From positions 32,001 through 96,000 of the IMG/VR virus record IMGVR_UViG_3300046008_000291: a stretch of 64,000 nucleotides of DNA; one strand, written 5' to 3'. Below are positions 28,827 to 40,000 of the stretch, piece by piece. The translations under genes and the position numbers were made by a program. A model generated the notes under the pieces. The model made no database searches. It was not told where the DNA came from and worked only from the letters and a program-made list of their open reading frames with translations. Each line of letters opens with the position of its first letter. The stretch's first letter is position 1. This DNA is from a virus.

Positions 28827-30368
28827 ATGCCAAGATTAAGCATGTACCGCCCAAATAAGGGAAATGATTATAAATTCTTCGACCGCAGAATCAGTGAGAT
28901 GTTTACTGTTGGCGGCGTTGATATTAATATTCACAAGTATCTTGGTCCAATCGAACAAGGCACCAGCATTACTACTTCGGCAGCGCAGGGTTCGCCTGGC
29001 ACCCAATTAGTATTTGCTAATACATCGGCTGTAACCCGTGGTATGTTTGTTGCGGGTACTAATATTCCTGCTGGCGCAACAGTCATTGCAAAGACTAGCA
29101 CAACTATTACATTATCAGCAAGCACCACAGCTATTGTTGGGTCTGGTGCAACCATTGCCGTCTATCCTGATGCAACACAGCCTAGTTATGCTAATGAAAG
29201 TGTGAAAAATATACAAGACCTATTGTTTTTAGAAAATAGAGATCGTAAGTACGACACTAGTGTCTACACTATGCGCAGTGTTTATCGCATGAACGACAAT
29301 GATTTTGACCTAAGTCAGTTTGGTTTGTTCTTAACTGGAGATACTATGTTTATGGTATTTCATTTGAACGATATGGTTGAAACACTAGGTCGTAAGATTA
29401 TGGTAGGCGACGTAATGGAACTACCACATTTAAAAGACTTTTATCCATTAGACGATGATTTACCCAGTGCGCTAAAACGTTATTACGTTGTGCAAGATGC
29501 TACACGTGCGGCAGAAGGATTTAGTCAAACATGGTATCCGCATTTATGGCGTGTTAAAGTTGCTCCGCTGGTCGATAGTCAAGAATACAAAGACATTACA
29601 CAAAACATCAGCAGTGGCGATGATAACAATACACCAATTGGTGATTTATTAAGCACCTACGACAAGTATACTGCGGTTAACGATGCTATTATTGCTCGGG
29701 CAGAAGCCGAAGTGCCACTAAGTGGATATGACACTAGTACCATTTATACCTTGCCAGTTGATACTAATAATTTACCAAATGTAGCTATTACATCTACTGC
29801 TAAAGTACAAGGATACTTAACAAGTACAGGTTTGCCGCCAAACGGATTGGCGGTTAGTGCAGGAATTGCGTTTCCGTCTACTCCAGCCGTTGGCGATTAC
29901 TACCTACGCTTAGATTATGTTCCTAACAGACTATTCCGGTACGATTCTAAACGTTGGATTAAAATTGAGGATTCTGTACGCACTAACCTAACACCGGGAT
30001 TAGATAATACAACTCAACGTAGTGGTTTTGTTAATAATATAAATGCCACATATAGTGGCGGACTTGGTTGGGACGCAATTCGTGTTGCTACCTCTTACAC
30101 TCCGGCGGGCAACGCAAAAACATTATCATTTAATATGTCAACTAAGACAGTTGTAACAAAAATTGCGTATGTTAGCACACATGGCGTAAAAACTACATTA
30201 AATGGCACACATATTACCAATACTGTAGCAAATACTGCTGGAAATGTGTCATTTACCATCACAAATACACTATCTAGTAACGATATGCTAGAATACACAG
30301 TTTACAGTAAAGTAACACCGGAACGTCAGGGTTTATCTGACATACTTTCACCTTTGGCGGATAACTAA
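28827..30368 (+). CDS. gp14: Neck protein (gp14-like), extended
   Basis: IQDLLFLENRDRKYD...FDLSQFGLFL...GRKIMVGDVMELPHL...YPHLWRVK pattern; TAAATA upstream. Confidence 0.7.
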   Translation: MPRLSMYRPNKGNDYKFFDRRISEMFTVGGVDINIHKYLGPIEQGTSITTSAAQGSPGTQLVFANTSAVTRGMFVAGTNIPAGATVIAKTSTTITLSASTTAIVGSGATIAVYPDATQPSYANESVKNIQDLLFLENRDRKYDTSVYTMRSVYRMNDNDFDLSQFGLFLTGDTMFMVFHLNDMVETLGRKIMVGDVMELPHLKDFYPLDDDLPSALKRYYVVQDATRAAEGFSQTWYPHLWRVKVAPLVDSQEYKDITQNISSGDDNNTPIGDLLSTYDKYTAVNDAIIARAEAEVPLSGYDTSTIYTLPVDTNNLPNVAITSTAKVQGYLTSTGLPPNGLAVSAGIAFPSTPAVGDYYLRLDYVPNRLFRYDSKRWIKIEDSVRTNLTPGLDNTTQRSGFVNNINATYSGGLGWDAIRVATSYTPAGNAKTLSFNMSTKTVVTKIAYVSTHGVKTTLNGTHITNTVANTAGNVSFTITNTLSSNDMLEYTVYSKVTPERQGLSDILSPLADN

Positions 30369-31768
30369 TGAGCAGTCAATATTTTTATGATGGTCAAATT
30401 GAACGCTTTGTAGTACAATTCATTAGAATAATGAGCGGCTACGAAGTTGAGTTTGGACAGGATCGCACTGGTAGCAAAACTCTACAACGTGTACCAGTTT
30501 ATTATGCAGATGGTAGCAGACAAGTTGCGGCAATTTTAGCAAACAATAGTGAAAACACTATGCAGACTGTGCCAGCAATGGCTACATATATCAGCGGATT
30601 AACCTACGATAGAGATCGTGTACAGAGCCCAACTTACGTTAATAATATGAGTATACGTCAACGTAAATATGATTCAGATACAGATACCTACGAACAAACA
30701 CAAGGTAACGCATTTACTATCGAACGCATAATGCCTGTGCCATATACATTAGAATTAAAATTAGATATATGGACTAGTAATACTAAACAAAAATTACAAT
30801 TGATTGAACAAATATTACCGTTATTTAATCCAGGTTTAGAAATACAAAGTACAGACAATTATATCGACTGGACAAGTTTAAGTGTTATATATTTAGATAG
30901 CCCTAATTGGTCAAGCCGGGCAATACCTGTGGGCACTGAAAATCAAATTGATGTTGCTACACTGACATTTAAATTGCCTATTTGGATTAGCCCGCCCGCC
31001 AAAGTTAAAAAGCTGGGTGTTATACAAAAAATTATTGCAAATATACATGATGCACAGGGTGATTTAAACTCTGCTGCTTACACCGAAGATAATCTAATGG
31101 GTACTCGTATGTATTATACTCCCTTGGACTACGGAGTTTTATTAATTGGCAACACGCTTACCTTGCTTAAAATACAAGACGTAGAAACCTTAAGAGAACC
31201 CACGTTAACTACTCCAACTAAAATCGGCACACGAGATAATTGGCACAATTTAGTTAATGTCTACGGTTCATTGGTCGAAGGCATTAGTCAAATTAGATTA
31301 CTAGCGAATGACGGAGTATCGGAGATTATCGGTACAGTTAGCTATCACCCAACCGATGATAGTCTATTAATTTTCAATGCGGATATCGATACCTATCCAG
31401 CAAATACACTAGATGCAATCGATGCTATTGTCGATCCTCGAAAGAATACTGCGGTTGCACTGGCACAAAGCGCCGTAACAGGTACTCGTTATTTAATATT
31501 AAATGCAATCGGTAGTACTGCAAATGGTGCGTTTGATGGCCCAAGTGCGTGGCGTGGTACAGATGATTTAGATTTAATAGCAGGTGCCAACGATATTATT
31601 GAATTTAATGGTACACACTGGACTGTGGTGTTTGACAGCGCGGCCGAAACTGTGTTACAATATGTGTCAAATTTGAATACTGGAACGCAGTATAAATGGA
31701 ATCTCAATCAGTGGGTTAAATCGTTTGAAGGGGAATATCGTAACGGAAATTGGACATTAGTTCTTTAG
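30368..31768 (+). CDS. gp15: Tail terminator / sheath stabiliser (gp15-like)
   Basis: YFYDGQIERF...QRVPVYY...MPVPYTLELKLDIWT...QLIEQILPLFNP. Confidence 0.8.
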   Translation: MSSQYFYDGQIERFVVQFIRIMSGYEVEFGQDRTGSKTLQRVPVYYADGSRQVAAILANNSENTMQTVPAMATYISGLTYDRDRVQSPTYVNNMSIRQRKYDSDTDTYEQTQGNAFTIERIMPVPYTLELKLDIWTSNTKQKLQLIEQILPLFNPGLEIQSTDNYIDWTSLSVIYLDSPNWSSRAIPVGTENQIDVATLTFKLPIWISPPAKVKKLGVIQKIIANIHDAQGDLNSAAYTEDNLMGTRMYYTPLDYGVLLIGNTLTLLKIQDVETLREPTLTTPTKIGTRDNWHNLVNVYGSLVEGISQIRLLANDGVSEIIGTVSYHPTDDSLLIFNADIDTYPANTLDAIDAIVDPRKNTAVALAQSAVTGTRYLILNAIGSTANGAFDGPSAWRGTDDLDLIAGANDIIEFNGTHWTVVFDSAAETVLQYVSNLNTGTQYKWNLNQWVKSFEGEYRNGNWTLVL

Positions 31769-31797
31769 TTGACATTTATCAGTTAGTGTAGTATAAT
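31769..31797 (+). promoter_or_regulatory. Consensus sigma70 promoter of the NUDIX gene
   Basis: TTGACA-17 nt-TATAAT. Confidence 0.9.
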
Positions 31798-31804
31798 AGT
31801 TAAT

Positions 31805-32257
31805 ATGTTAACTAAAATAAAAGAATCAGTATCAAATAAATCAATTGAAGGTGTCGGCACGTTCATTTATTGTGTAACTACACATCGATATCTTTTTCTA
31901 TTACGTAATTCAAGTAGATACGCAGGTACATGGGGATTAGCAGGTGGTAAGATCGATAGTGGCGAGCAGTTACTCGAATCCCTACATCGTGAACTTACAG
32001 AAGAATTAGGTGTAGATTTTTCCTCTGCCAGAGTAATACCTATCGAAAAATTCACCAGTGATAAAAACAATTTCTCATATCATACGTTTTTACTACCCGT
32101 CAATGAAGAATTTGTACCTGAATTAAATCACGAGCACAGAGGGTATTGTTGGGTTAATTTGGATGATCATCCTAAACCCTTGCATCCAGGTGTATGGCGT
32201 ACTGTTAATTTTAAAGAAGTTGTTGCTAAGATTAAAACTTTAGAATCTATATTATAG
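31805..32257 (+). CDS. NUDIX hydrolase
   Basis: WGLAGGKIDSGEQLLESLHRELTEELG Nudix box. Confidence 0.92.
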   Translation: MLTKIKESVSNKSIEGVGTFIYCVTTHRYLFLLRNSSRYAGTWGLAGGKIDSGEQLLESLHRELTEELGVDFSSARVIPIEKFTSDKNNFSYHTFLLPVNEEFVPELNHEHRGYCWVNLDDHPKPLHPGVWRTVNFKEVVAKIKTLESIL

Positions 32258-32989
32258 ATCCACTTCTAACGCAAATGTGCGTAATGATGCTTGTCTAAAA
32301 TTTAAACAGCCTGCCCATGTGTCCGACACAGTCATTCTTCCTGTACGCGATACTAGAATAAATTCAACATCATTATAAACATCAAACAACATCTTACGTG
32401 CTTCTATCCAGCGAGTATCTAACACATCACTTCTAACCGGTTGATAACAGGCAGTGCCAGCATATACGTTATTATTAAATCCACGACCCGATTGGTGATC
32501 AAAGCCCAACATATATATTCGTTTATGTCCATCAAATGCTGCAATATATGCTGCTGTGGTTCCTGCATCCATATATGAATTGTACGGAATCATATAAAAT
32601 TTATTAGGATATTGTAAGGTATGTTCGGCGTTAGTGTATACAATATGATCATTGATATAAGCACTCTCCGCTAGTTCTTTAATCATTTCATTACCAGTTG
32701 CTATTAGAAAATCAGGAGCAAAATCTCTATACAAGGCATTGCAACCATAACTTTGTAGAGTTTTTGCGCCAAGTAAACCACCGTGGTGATTTTTAATCAC
32801 GGATAGATTTAAATCTAGTCTGCTTAATCCATTACCCAATACAATTGCTTGATTAGATATTTGTATATTAGTAATAGCGTTTGGCACATTTTCTGTTGTA
32901 TCGTGCCAAACTCCGTTATTATAATTACGCTCAACTACAATTGATTCTGTAGTATAATCCTTACGATATCGTTTAACTAAAGGAAGCAT
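32252..32989 (-). CDS. MptE-like/DUF115-type (sialyltransferase-like fold) protein
   Basis: AIVLGNGLSR, YGCNALYRDFAPDFL, AGTTAAYIA....KRIYMLGFD. Confidence 0.55.
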   Translation of the reverse strand: MLPLVKRYRKDYTTESIVVERNYNNGVWHDTTENVPNAITNIQISNQAIVLGNGLSRLDLNLSVIKNHHGGLLGAKTLQSYGCNALYRDFAPDFLIATGNEMIKELAESAYINDHIVYTNAEHTLQYPNKFYMIPYNSYMDAGTTAAYIAAFDGHKRIYMLGFDHQSGRGFNNNVYAGTACYQPVRSDVLDTRWIEARKMLFDVYNDVEFILVSRTGRMTVSDTWAGCLNFRQASLRTFALEVDL

Positions 32990-32995
32990 TAATTT

Positions 32996-35900
32996 TTATA
33001 CCTTAATATATGTTGTTTGTATTTTTACTGCATTACCAGCATTTGCACCTTGGTATGATAACTCAACTGTCCCGCTAGTATACGTCGCTGATATAGTACC
33101 TAAACTTGCTGTACCTGTATACATAGTAGCATATTGGTTTTTGTATGCAGTGGTGCCATTGTGTACTACTAATACTTCAGCAGTTTCATACTCGCCTAGT
33201 GACGAATTTGAAATTGACAATACATATTTTGCACTTCTGTATACTGTTGCATCAAATGTATCAATCACCACATCCGAAGTACCCACCGATACTGCAGCTG
33301 GATCTGCTACAATAATTCTAGCAACAAGAGCATCGGTATAAGTATTCGCCCAACGTTTGTCGGTGGCGCCCAGATTATGAACTTCGTTACCATTTGGAAT
33401 AACATTACTATTAATGTCTGCAAAGAATATAACATTATCTGTGTTAGAATCACCAAGATTAATATTACCTGCTGTATCACCCTTGACTGTTAAGTTACCG
33501 TTAATAACAACATCATTCATGAATGTTGCTGTACCAGTAGCTGCCGAAATACTCATTCTAGTTTCAACTGTGCTTGTACCGGCTATTACGTTAGCAAAGG
33601 TATCATTAACTTTAAATTGTACATAGCCATTACCGTTGGATAATGCTGATACTGTTGTGGATGTACTTAATGCTCTAGCATCAATGATATCACCAACAGC
33701 CGGAGCTTCGGTGAATGTTAATACATCACTGTTTATTCCACCTACACTATATGATAGTGTTGGATATTGCACAACTCCGTTAATTGCAACAATAAGAGCT
33801 GATGTTGTTGATGGCGCCGATAATGTAAAGTTAGTTGCAACTCCGTTACCTGTAAATGCATTTGTTGTAACTAATGTAAATGAGCTACCTGCTACTTGCC
33901 ATGATGTACCATCAAAGAATTCAATATTGTTGGATGATGTACTATATCGTGCCATACCTATAACATCAGTGGCACCGGAATTACTTGGACGTTGACTAAC
34001 ATCACCAACTGGTAATATAATTGCACTTGAACCGGTAAATGTTGCTATAGATCCGGCAACAGCCGATGTTAAGTTGCCGCCAAACACCACAGCATTATTA
34101 GTACTATCTGCTAAGAATAAACTAGATGAATTTGTACCTTTAACAACAAAGTTTTCATTCGATTGCGTATCGTTTATTACTGCGCCATTACCCACAAACA
34201 AGCTATCACTAATACCAACACCGCCAACTACAACTAATGCACCTGTCGATATACTTGTACTTACTGTTCCACTTTGAGCAATCAAATTACCGTTTTGTGT
34301 AATTTGTACGCCAATATTACCAAGAGTTGTTGGATAGAGGCTAGTTCTTAATGTAGTTCCTGTAGCAAACTGCATTCCGGTAGCCGAGTATACATAAGTT
34401 CCATTGCTATCACCTGATGCAATGCCACCACCATAGGTATTATCATTAGCTTTTATTTGGATAGATCTTCTGCCAGAACCTTGTTCGTGGTAGATACCCT
34501 GATTGTTTATTGTAGTATATGATGAGTAAAATACAGTATTATCACCAAATGTTACATTAGCACCATCGACAGTTAAGTTGCCGCCTGCTGTAATTGATTT
34601 AGCAGCACTAATACCGCCGTCTACACTTAATGCACCGCCGCCAGAAAAGTCACTTTCAGTAGTATCACTAAACGTAACTTGTCCAGCAACAGATAATTCA
34701 CCTGATACTGTTGCATTACCTGAAATATACGCTAATCCATCAATTGTAACATTGCTAGTAGTGTCAGTGAATGTTACAAATCCATTGTAGAAATTAGCGG
34801 ATGAATTAGATATTGTAAACACATTAACAGCATCAACATTAGCTGTAATTGTACCATTGCCCGAATCAGATACAGTAACGTCTGTATTATTTTGTAAAAT
34901 AGAGGTAGCACTAGCTGAAGCCAGTGTAGTAGTTAAATAATCTAATGTTACTGCATCTTGTGCGCTGACCGGATTAGCAATATTAGATATCAACGAGCCT
35001 GTTGCATCAATTACACCACCTGCATCTGGATTCAATGTAACATTACCACTGCCGCCAATTACAGAAATTTCTGCGGTATCACCATTAATACTAAAGTTTT
35101 TAACTGTTAAAATGTTTGATGCAAAGGTAAAGTCAGATGAGTCAGATAATAAGCCACCTGTGCCAGCATAGGTAATTCTTGTTGCAGTTAAGCCTGTGTC
35201 TGTTACAGTTGTAAATGTACCAGCTGCGGCAGATACGTTACCAATTACAGTACTGTTAATATCACGTGCTGTTACTGTTAATGCAACATCTAAATCGTTA
35301 TTGACCGTTGTAGTACCTGTGGCTGCACCAACACTTAATGTTGTTGCTGCACCTGCAAAGTTTACTGTAGTGGCTGTTGTGTTAACTAGATCAAAGCTAC
35401 TAGTACCTGCTACCAATGATGTTTCTAATGTAGGGCTTGTACTGAATACTAAATTACCAGTGCCTGTTTCGTCGGTAACAGCATCTAGTAAATTACTACT
35501 TGATGGTGTTGCTAAGAATGTAGCTACATTTGCTCCAAAGCCAGTAACACCTGTTAACGGTAAGCCGGTTGCATTAGATAAGTTAGCAAAACTAGGTGTG
35601 CCGATGTTTGGCGTTGTTAGTACTGGACTTGTACTGAATACCAAATTACCAGTGCCAGTTTCATCTGTTACTACTGTGATTAAATTACTACTTGAAGGGG
35701 TGGCTAAGAATGTAGCTACTCCTGTAGCAAGTCCACTAACCCCTGTACTTATAGGCAAGTCTGTTGCATTAGATAAGTTAGCAAAGCCAGGTGTGCCAAT
35801 GTTTGGTGTTGTTAGTACTGGGCTATTACTGAATACTATATTACCTGTACCAGTAGCGCCAGATGATGTAACTCCTTCTAATGTTACATGGCCAGTTACA

Positions 35901-38900
35901 CCAAGTGTGCCACCAACTGTAGCATTACCAATAATGTTTGTTGTTTCGTTACGTATGTTTGCTATACCGGTGGTAGCACCAACTATAAGTGTTGTTGCTG
36001 CACCAAATGCATTTACAGTTGTAGCATTAGTATTGAATACATCTTGTGTTGCTTGTGTGCCAACTACTGCCGGGTTATTGATAGTCAACGTACCACTTGT
36101 GGCACCAAATTCTAAATCAGTTGCAGCTTTAAACGCATCAACTGTTGTAGCATTTGCATTTACTAAGTTAAATGTACTAGCAGTGGTTGTAATGTCTCCA
36201 CCATTAACTGCTAAGTTAGCAGTTAACGTAGTTTCACCAGTGACTGATAATGTACTACCTACTGTAGCGGCGCCAATAATATTTGTAGTTGCATTACGTA
36301 TATTTGCAATACCTGTTGTGCTACCTAATATAAGTGCAGTTGCTCCACCTGCAAAGTTTATCGTGGTAGCAGTGGTATTAAATAGGTTTGCTGTTGTTGC
36401 ACTTGTGGTGATGTCGTTACCACTTAATGTTGTTACAGAGTTGCCATCAAACGACGTTACTGTAAATCTCGGAGCTACTGTAACAGTGCCTGTGAAATTG
36501 GCACCCGGTGTAACTATATTTTTATTAAAATTAACTGATTGGGTTGCATTAGTCCATAAAATAGTTGCATTGGCGCCATCTATGGTTAGACCTGCACCGT
36601 TAGCGGCTGCTGGATTTGCAGCGCCTTTAGCCACTGTGATGTTTAAATCTTCAACATCTAATGTTGCTGTGTTAACTGATGTTACAGACCCATCAACCTG
36701 CAAGTTACCTGTGATAACTACATCACCACCTACGTTTAAGTTTTGAGCAATACCAACACCACCAAGTGTAGTAATTGCACCAGTTGAACTGTTAATACTT
36801 TGTGTAGTATCAGTTGCGTTAATGTTACCACTAATATCTACATTAGCATCAAATGTTACTGTTTTTGCAAACTGTGCTGTACTGTTGCTAACGTGGAATC
36901 CACGTCCTACACTAGCATCAACTGTAACATTTCCAATAAACTGACTGGTAGTTTGAACAAACAATGAACCACCAACGGATACATTAGAAGTAGCGTCATC
37001 TATTACTAATAAATCTGTAAAGTATGCCGCTGAATTTGTTGTAATGGTCGAAACTAATACACCGTCTACATTAGTTGTGATAACACCTGCCACGTTACCA
37101 TTGTCTGTTATAGTGATATCGGAATTATCTGTTTGTAAGTTTGTAACACCACTGTTAATTTGTGTGTTTAAATAACTTAATGTAACTGCATCTTGCAGAT
37201 CTGTAGGGTCAGCAATATTTGCCACAGTCGCACCGTTGCCATCAATTACATTGGTGCTAGCTGATAAGTTAAGATTGCCACCAACTGCAGCGATAGTATT
37301 AGTTTCACCGTTAATCGATACATTTCTAATAGATAGTGTGTCTGTAACAAACGTCAAGTTTGCGCTATCGTCTAAATCTCCACCAGTACCGGCAAATGTT
37401 ACTCTAGTTGCTGTTAATGATTCGTCGGTTACTGATGTAAATTTACCAGAGGCTGCAGTTACTGACCCAATTGGTGTTGCTTGTATACTATTTGCTGAAA
37501 GTGTAGCACCAACTACTGCATTACCTTCAATGTTTGTAGTTGCATTGCGGATGTTTGCTGTACCCGAAGTATCACCAAGTATTAGTGTAGTGGCGGCACC
37601 AAATGCATTTACTGTAGTAGCAGTTGTATTAAATACATCTTGTGTTGTTTGTGAGCCAACTACAGTTGGGTTATTAATTGTTAATGTACCAGTTGTAGCA
37701 CCTAGATCAATGGTAGTCGCTGCACCAGCAAAGTTTACAGTAGTAGCATTGGCATCAACTAAATTAAATGTGCTGGCACTTGTAGTTAAATCACCACCAT
37801 TAACAGCTAAATCATCAGTTAGTGTTACCGCACCAGTTACACCCATTGTACCAGCAACTACTAAATTACCAAGTACATTCGTAGTTGCATTACGTATGTT
37901 TGCAATGCCTGTAGTTGCGCCTACTATTAATGTAGTGGCAGCACCAAATGCATTTACTGTAGTTGCTGTTGTGTTGTATAAATCTTGTGTTGTTTGTGAG
38001 CCAACTACAGTTGGGTTATTAATTGTTAATGTACCAGTTGTAGCACCAAATTCTAAATCAGTAGCAGCTTTAAATGCATCTACAGTAGTAGCATTTGAGT
38101 TTAATAAATTAAATGCGCTAGCGGTAGTTGTTAAGTCACCACCATTAACTGCTAAGTCACCTGTTAAGGTAATATTAGCCAATGTTAAGTCTAAGCTGTA
38201 TGTAACTTCTTTAGTAACACTATTGTATTGTAATGTACCTACGTTGCCAGTGGCATTTCTAATTGGGTTTACATAGAAGCTGTCTGTTTGTGCCGCTACG
38301 CCGTTAGTTTGATCTCCGCTAGCATTAAGAACAATAGTTCTAGCAGGTTGAGCAAGATATCCAGCTTTGTATCCTATAGAAATTGCATAATCACCGTTTT
38401 CACTGTGAGCAGCTTCATAGCCTATTGCTATCGATCCTATACTTTGGTTGTATTGACCTGCCCAAGCGCCAACTGCTACGGCGTATTGTTCTTGTTGCAG
38501 AGTTCCAGAATATATACCAACCGCAACAGTTTCTGTAGCTTGAGTAGTTAAACCAGCACTACGTCCTATGGCTACAGCATAATCTGATTGTGTATTCTCT
38601 CCTGCAAACGCACCAATAGCTACCGAGCTAGGTCCTTGACTAGTTAAACCAGCACTGTGTCCAAATGCTACTGCATTGCCAGACGTGTCTTTAATTACCG
38701 CACCATTAGCTAGGGTAATAATATTACCCATTGTAAGTTTACCGCCTACAGTAGCATTACCAATAATATTGGTAGTTGCATTACGTATGTTTGCTATGCC
38801 AGTAGTTGCACCCACTATTAATGTGGTAGCTGCTCCAGCAAAGTTTAGTGTTGTAGCAACTGTATTATATAAGTCCTGCGTTGTTTGTGAGCCAACTACA

Positions 38901-40000
38901 GTCGGGTTGTTAATCGTTAGTGTGCCAGTTGTAGCACCAATATCAATAGTTGTTGCCGCACCAGCAAAGTTTACTGTGGTAGCATCTGTATCAATTAAAT
39001 TAAATGTAGCCGCTGTGGTAGTTAAATCACCACCGTTAACAGCAACATCTCCTACAGTTGTAAAGTTACCAGTACCTGATAAGTTTGCTACTAGTGTTGT
39101 AGCACCATACCATTTAAAGTTAAATGAGTCACCATATTCCGGAACGCTCGTCCATAATGTTGCAGAATCGATACCAATAGCGTAATCAACTGTGCTACCA
39201 CTTAGTGCAGGATAAAGAACTACTTTAGTACCATCGGTTCTTGTAGTAAATGCCGGAGCACCTGTGCCGTTTGTGTTCCAATCTATACGATTGCTGGTGC
39301 TACCGTTTAGGTAAATTTGGCCATCACCTGTTGTAGCACTACCAGCACGTGTAGTAACTATTTGCCCAGGTGTTGTTACAGTAGCATTGTTTAAGGTTAG
39401 TGTACCAGTTGATGCACCAATACCCAAGGTAGTTGCAGCACCAAATGCGCTGATTGTAGTAGCATCAGTGTTTAATAGATTAAATGTAGTGGCAGTTGTG
39501 GTTATATCGCCGCCATTAACTGCTAGATCGCCAGTTAATGTAAGATTGCCGGCGCCAATATCATCTATTGTTGTAATGCCAGCGACTGTAAGATTACCAA
39601 CTTTTAAGTTAGCAAATCCGCTGTTGTCAATAGTGGCGTAGCTTGTGCCAGTTTCAGTTGTATAAGTGAGTTCAAATTGGTTATCATTTTCGTTCCAAAT
39701 CAACGCTGTGCTGGTTTGATTACCACGATTGAATATTAGACCAACATCGTAACTGTTTGTTCCAGTAAACGCATTGTTTAGGACAATTAATGGATCGTTA
39801 ACATAAGTGTTGGTACTTGCTACAGTAAGGTAACTACTAGCACCTTGAACTGTTAGATTACCAGTAATGGTAACATCACTGGCTACTGTTAGATTAGCAT
39901 TAAATAAGCTACCTACAATAGATCCTGGAACAATCTTGGTGTTAGCAAGGATCGTTGAATCCGTAATCTGATTATTCTTAATTCTGGTTAGAACTGCCAT
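32996..40000 (-). CDS. Giant repeat-rich tail fibre/spike protein (2334 aa)
   Basis: Thr/Gly/Asn-rich beta repeats, five copies of a GDLAVNGGD...GAATT...NIRNATT module, late promoter at 40094-40099, no internal stops. Confidence 0.8.
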   Translation of the reverse strand: MAVLTRIKNNQITDSTILANTKIVPGSIVGSLFNANLTVASDVTITGNLTVQGASSYLTVASTNTYVNDPLIVLNNAFTGTNSYDVGLIFNRGNQTSTALIWNENDNQFELTYTTETGTSYATIDNSGFANLKVGNLTVAGITTIDDIGAGNLTLTGDLAVNGGDITTTATTFNLLNTDATTISAFGAATTLGIGASTGTLTLNNATVTTPGQIVTTRAGSATTGDGQIYLNGSTSNRIDWNTNGTGAPAFTTRTDGTKVVLYPALSGSTVDYAIGIDSATLWTSVPEYGDSFNFKWYGATTLVANLSGTGNFTTVGDVAVNGGDLTTTAATFNLIDTDATTVNFAGAATTIDIGATTGTLTINNPTVVGSQTTQDLYNTVATTLNFAGAATTLIVGATTGIANIRNATTNIIGNATVGGKLTMGNIITLANGAVIKDTSGNAVAFGHSAGLTSQGPSSVAIGAFAGENTQSDYAVAIGRSAGLTTQATETVAVGIYSGTLQQEQYAVAVGAWAGQYNQSIGSIAIGYEAAHSENGDYAISIGYKAGYLAQPARTIVLNASGDQTNGVAAQTDSFYVNPIRNATGNVGTLQYNSVTKEVTYSLDLTLANITLTGDLAVNGGDLTTTASAFNLLNSNATTVDAFKAATDLEFGATTGTLTINNPTVVGSQTTQDLYNTTATTVNAFGAATTLIVGATTGIANIRNATTNVLGNLVVAGTMGVTGAVTLTDDLAVNGGDLTTSASTFNLVDANATTVNFAGAATTIDLGATTGTLTINNPTVVGSQTTQDVFNTTATTVNAFGAATTLILGDTSGTANIRNATTNIEGNAVVGATLSANSIQATPIGSVTAASGKFTSVTDESLTATRVTFAGTGGDLDDSANLTFVTDTLSIRNVSINGETNTIAAVGGNLNLSASTNVIDGNGATVANIADPTDLQDAVTLSYLNTQINSGVTNLQTDNSDITITDNGNVAGVITTNVDGVLVSTITTNSAAYFTDLLVIDDATSNVSVGGSLFVQTTSQFIGNVTVDASVGRGFHVSNSTAQFAKTVTFDANVDISGNINATDTTQSINSSTGAITTLGGVGIAQNLNVGGDVVITGNLQVDGSVTSVNTATLDVEDLNITVAKGAANPAAANGAGLTIDGANATILWTNATQSVNFNKNIVTPGANFTGTVTVAPRFTVTSFDGNSVTTLSGNDITTSATTANLFNTTATTINFAGGATALILGSTTGIANIRNATTNIIGAATVGSTLSVTGETTLTANLAVNGGDITTTASTFNLVNANATTVDAFKAATDLEFGATSGTLTINNPAVVGTQATQDVFNTNATTVNAFGAATTLIVGATTGIANIRNETTNIIGNATVGGTLGVTGHVTLEGVTSSGATGTGNIVFSNSPVLTTPNIGTPGFANLSNATDLPISTGVSGLATGVATFLATPSSSNLITVVTDETGTGNLVFSTSPVLTTPNIGTPSFANLSNATGLPLTGVTGFGANVATFLATPSSSNLLDAVTDETGTGNLVFSTSPTLETSLVAGTSSFDLVNTTATTVNFAGAATTLSVGAATGTTTVNNDLDVALTVTARDINSTVIGNVSAAAGTFTTVTDTGLTATRITYAGTGGLLSDSSDFTFASNILTVKNFSINGDTAEISVIGGSGNVTLNPDAGGVIDATGSLISNIANPVSAQDAVTLDYLTTTLASASATSILQNNTDVTVSDSGNGTITANVDAVNVFTISNSSANFYNGFVTFTDTTSNVTIDGLAYISGNATVSGELSVAGQVTFSDTTESDFSGGGALSVDGGISAAKSITAGGNLTVDGANVTFGDNTVFYSSYTTINNQGIYHEQGSGRRSIQIKANDNTYGGGIASGDSNGTYVYSATGMQFATGTTLRTSLYPTTLGNIGVQITQNGNLIAQSGTVSTSISTGALVVVGGVGISDSLFVGNGAVINDTQSNENFVVKGTNSSSLFLADSTNNAVVFGGNLTSAVAGSIATFTGSSAIILPVGDVSQRPSNSGATDVIGMARYSTSSNNIEFFDGTSWQVAGSSFTLVTTNAFTGNGVATNFTLSAPSTTSALIVAINGVVQYPTLSYSVGGINSDVLTFTEAPAVGDIIDARALSTSTTVSALSNGNGYVQFKVNDTFANVIAGTSTVETRMSISAATGTATFMNDVVINGNLTVKGDTAGNINLGDSNTDNVIFFADINSNVIPNGNEVHNLGATDKRWANTYTDALVARIIVADPAAVSVGTSDVVIDTFDATVYRSAKYVLSISNSSLGEYETAEVLVVHNGTTAYKNQYATMYTGTASLGTISATYTSGTVELSYQGANAGNAVKIQTTYIKV

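Noticed and set aside
35196-38276. Long plus-strand ORFs (516 aa and 346 aa) and similar ORFs opposite structural genes
   Set aside because: They are antisense shadows of Thr/Gly/Val-rich repetitive minus-strand genes, with no RBS, promoter or protein-like motifs
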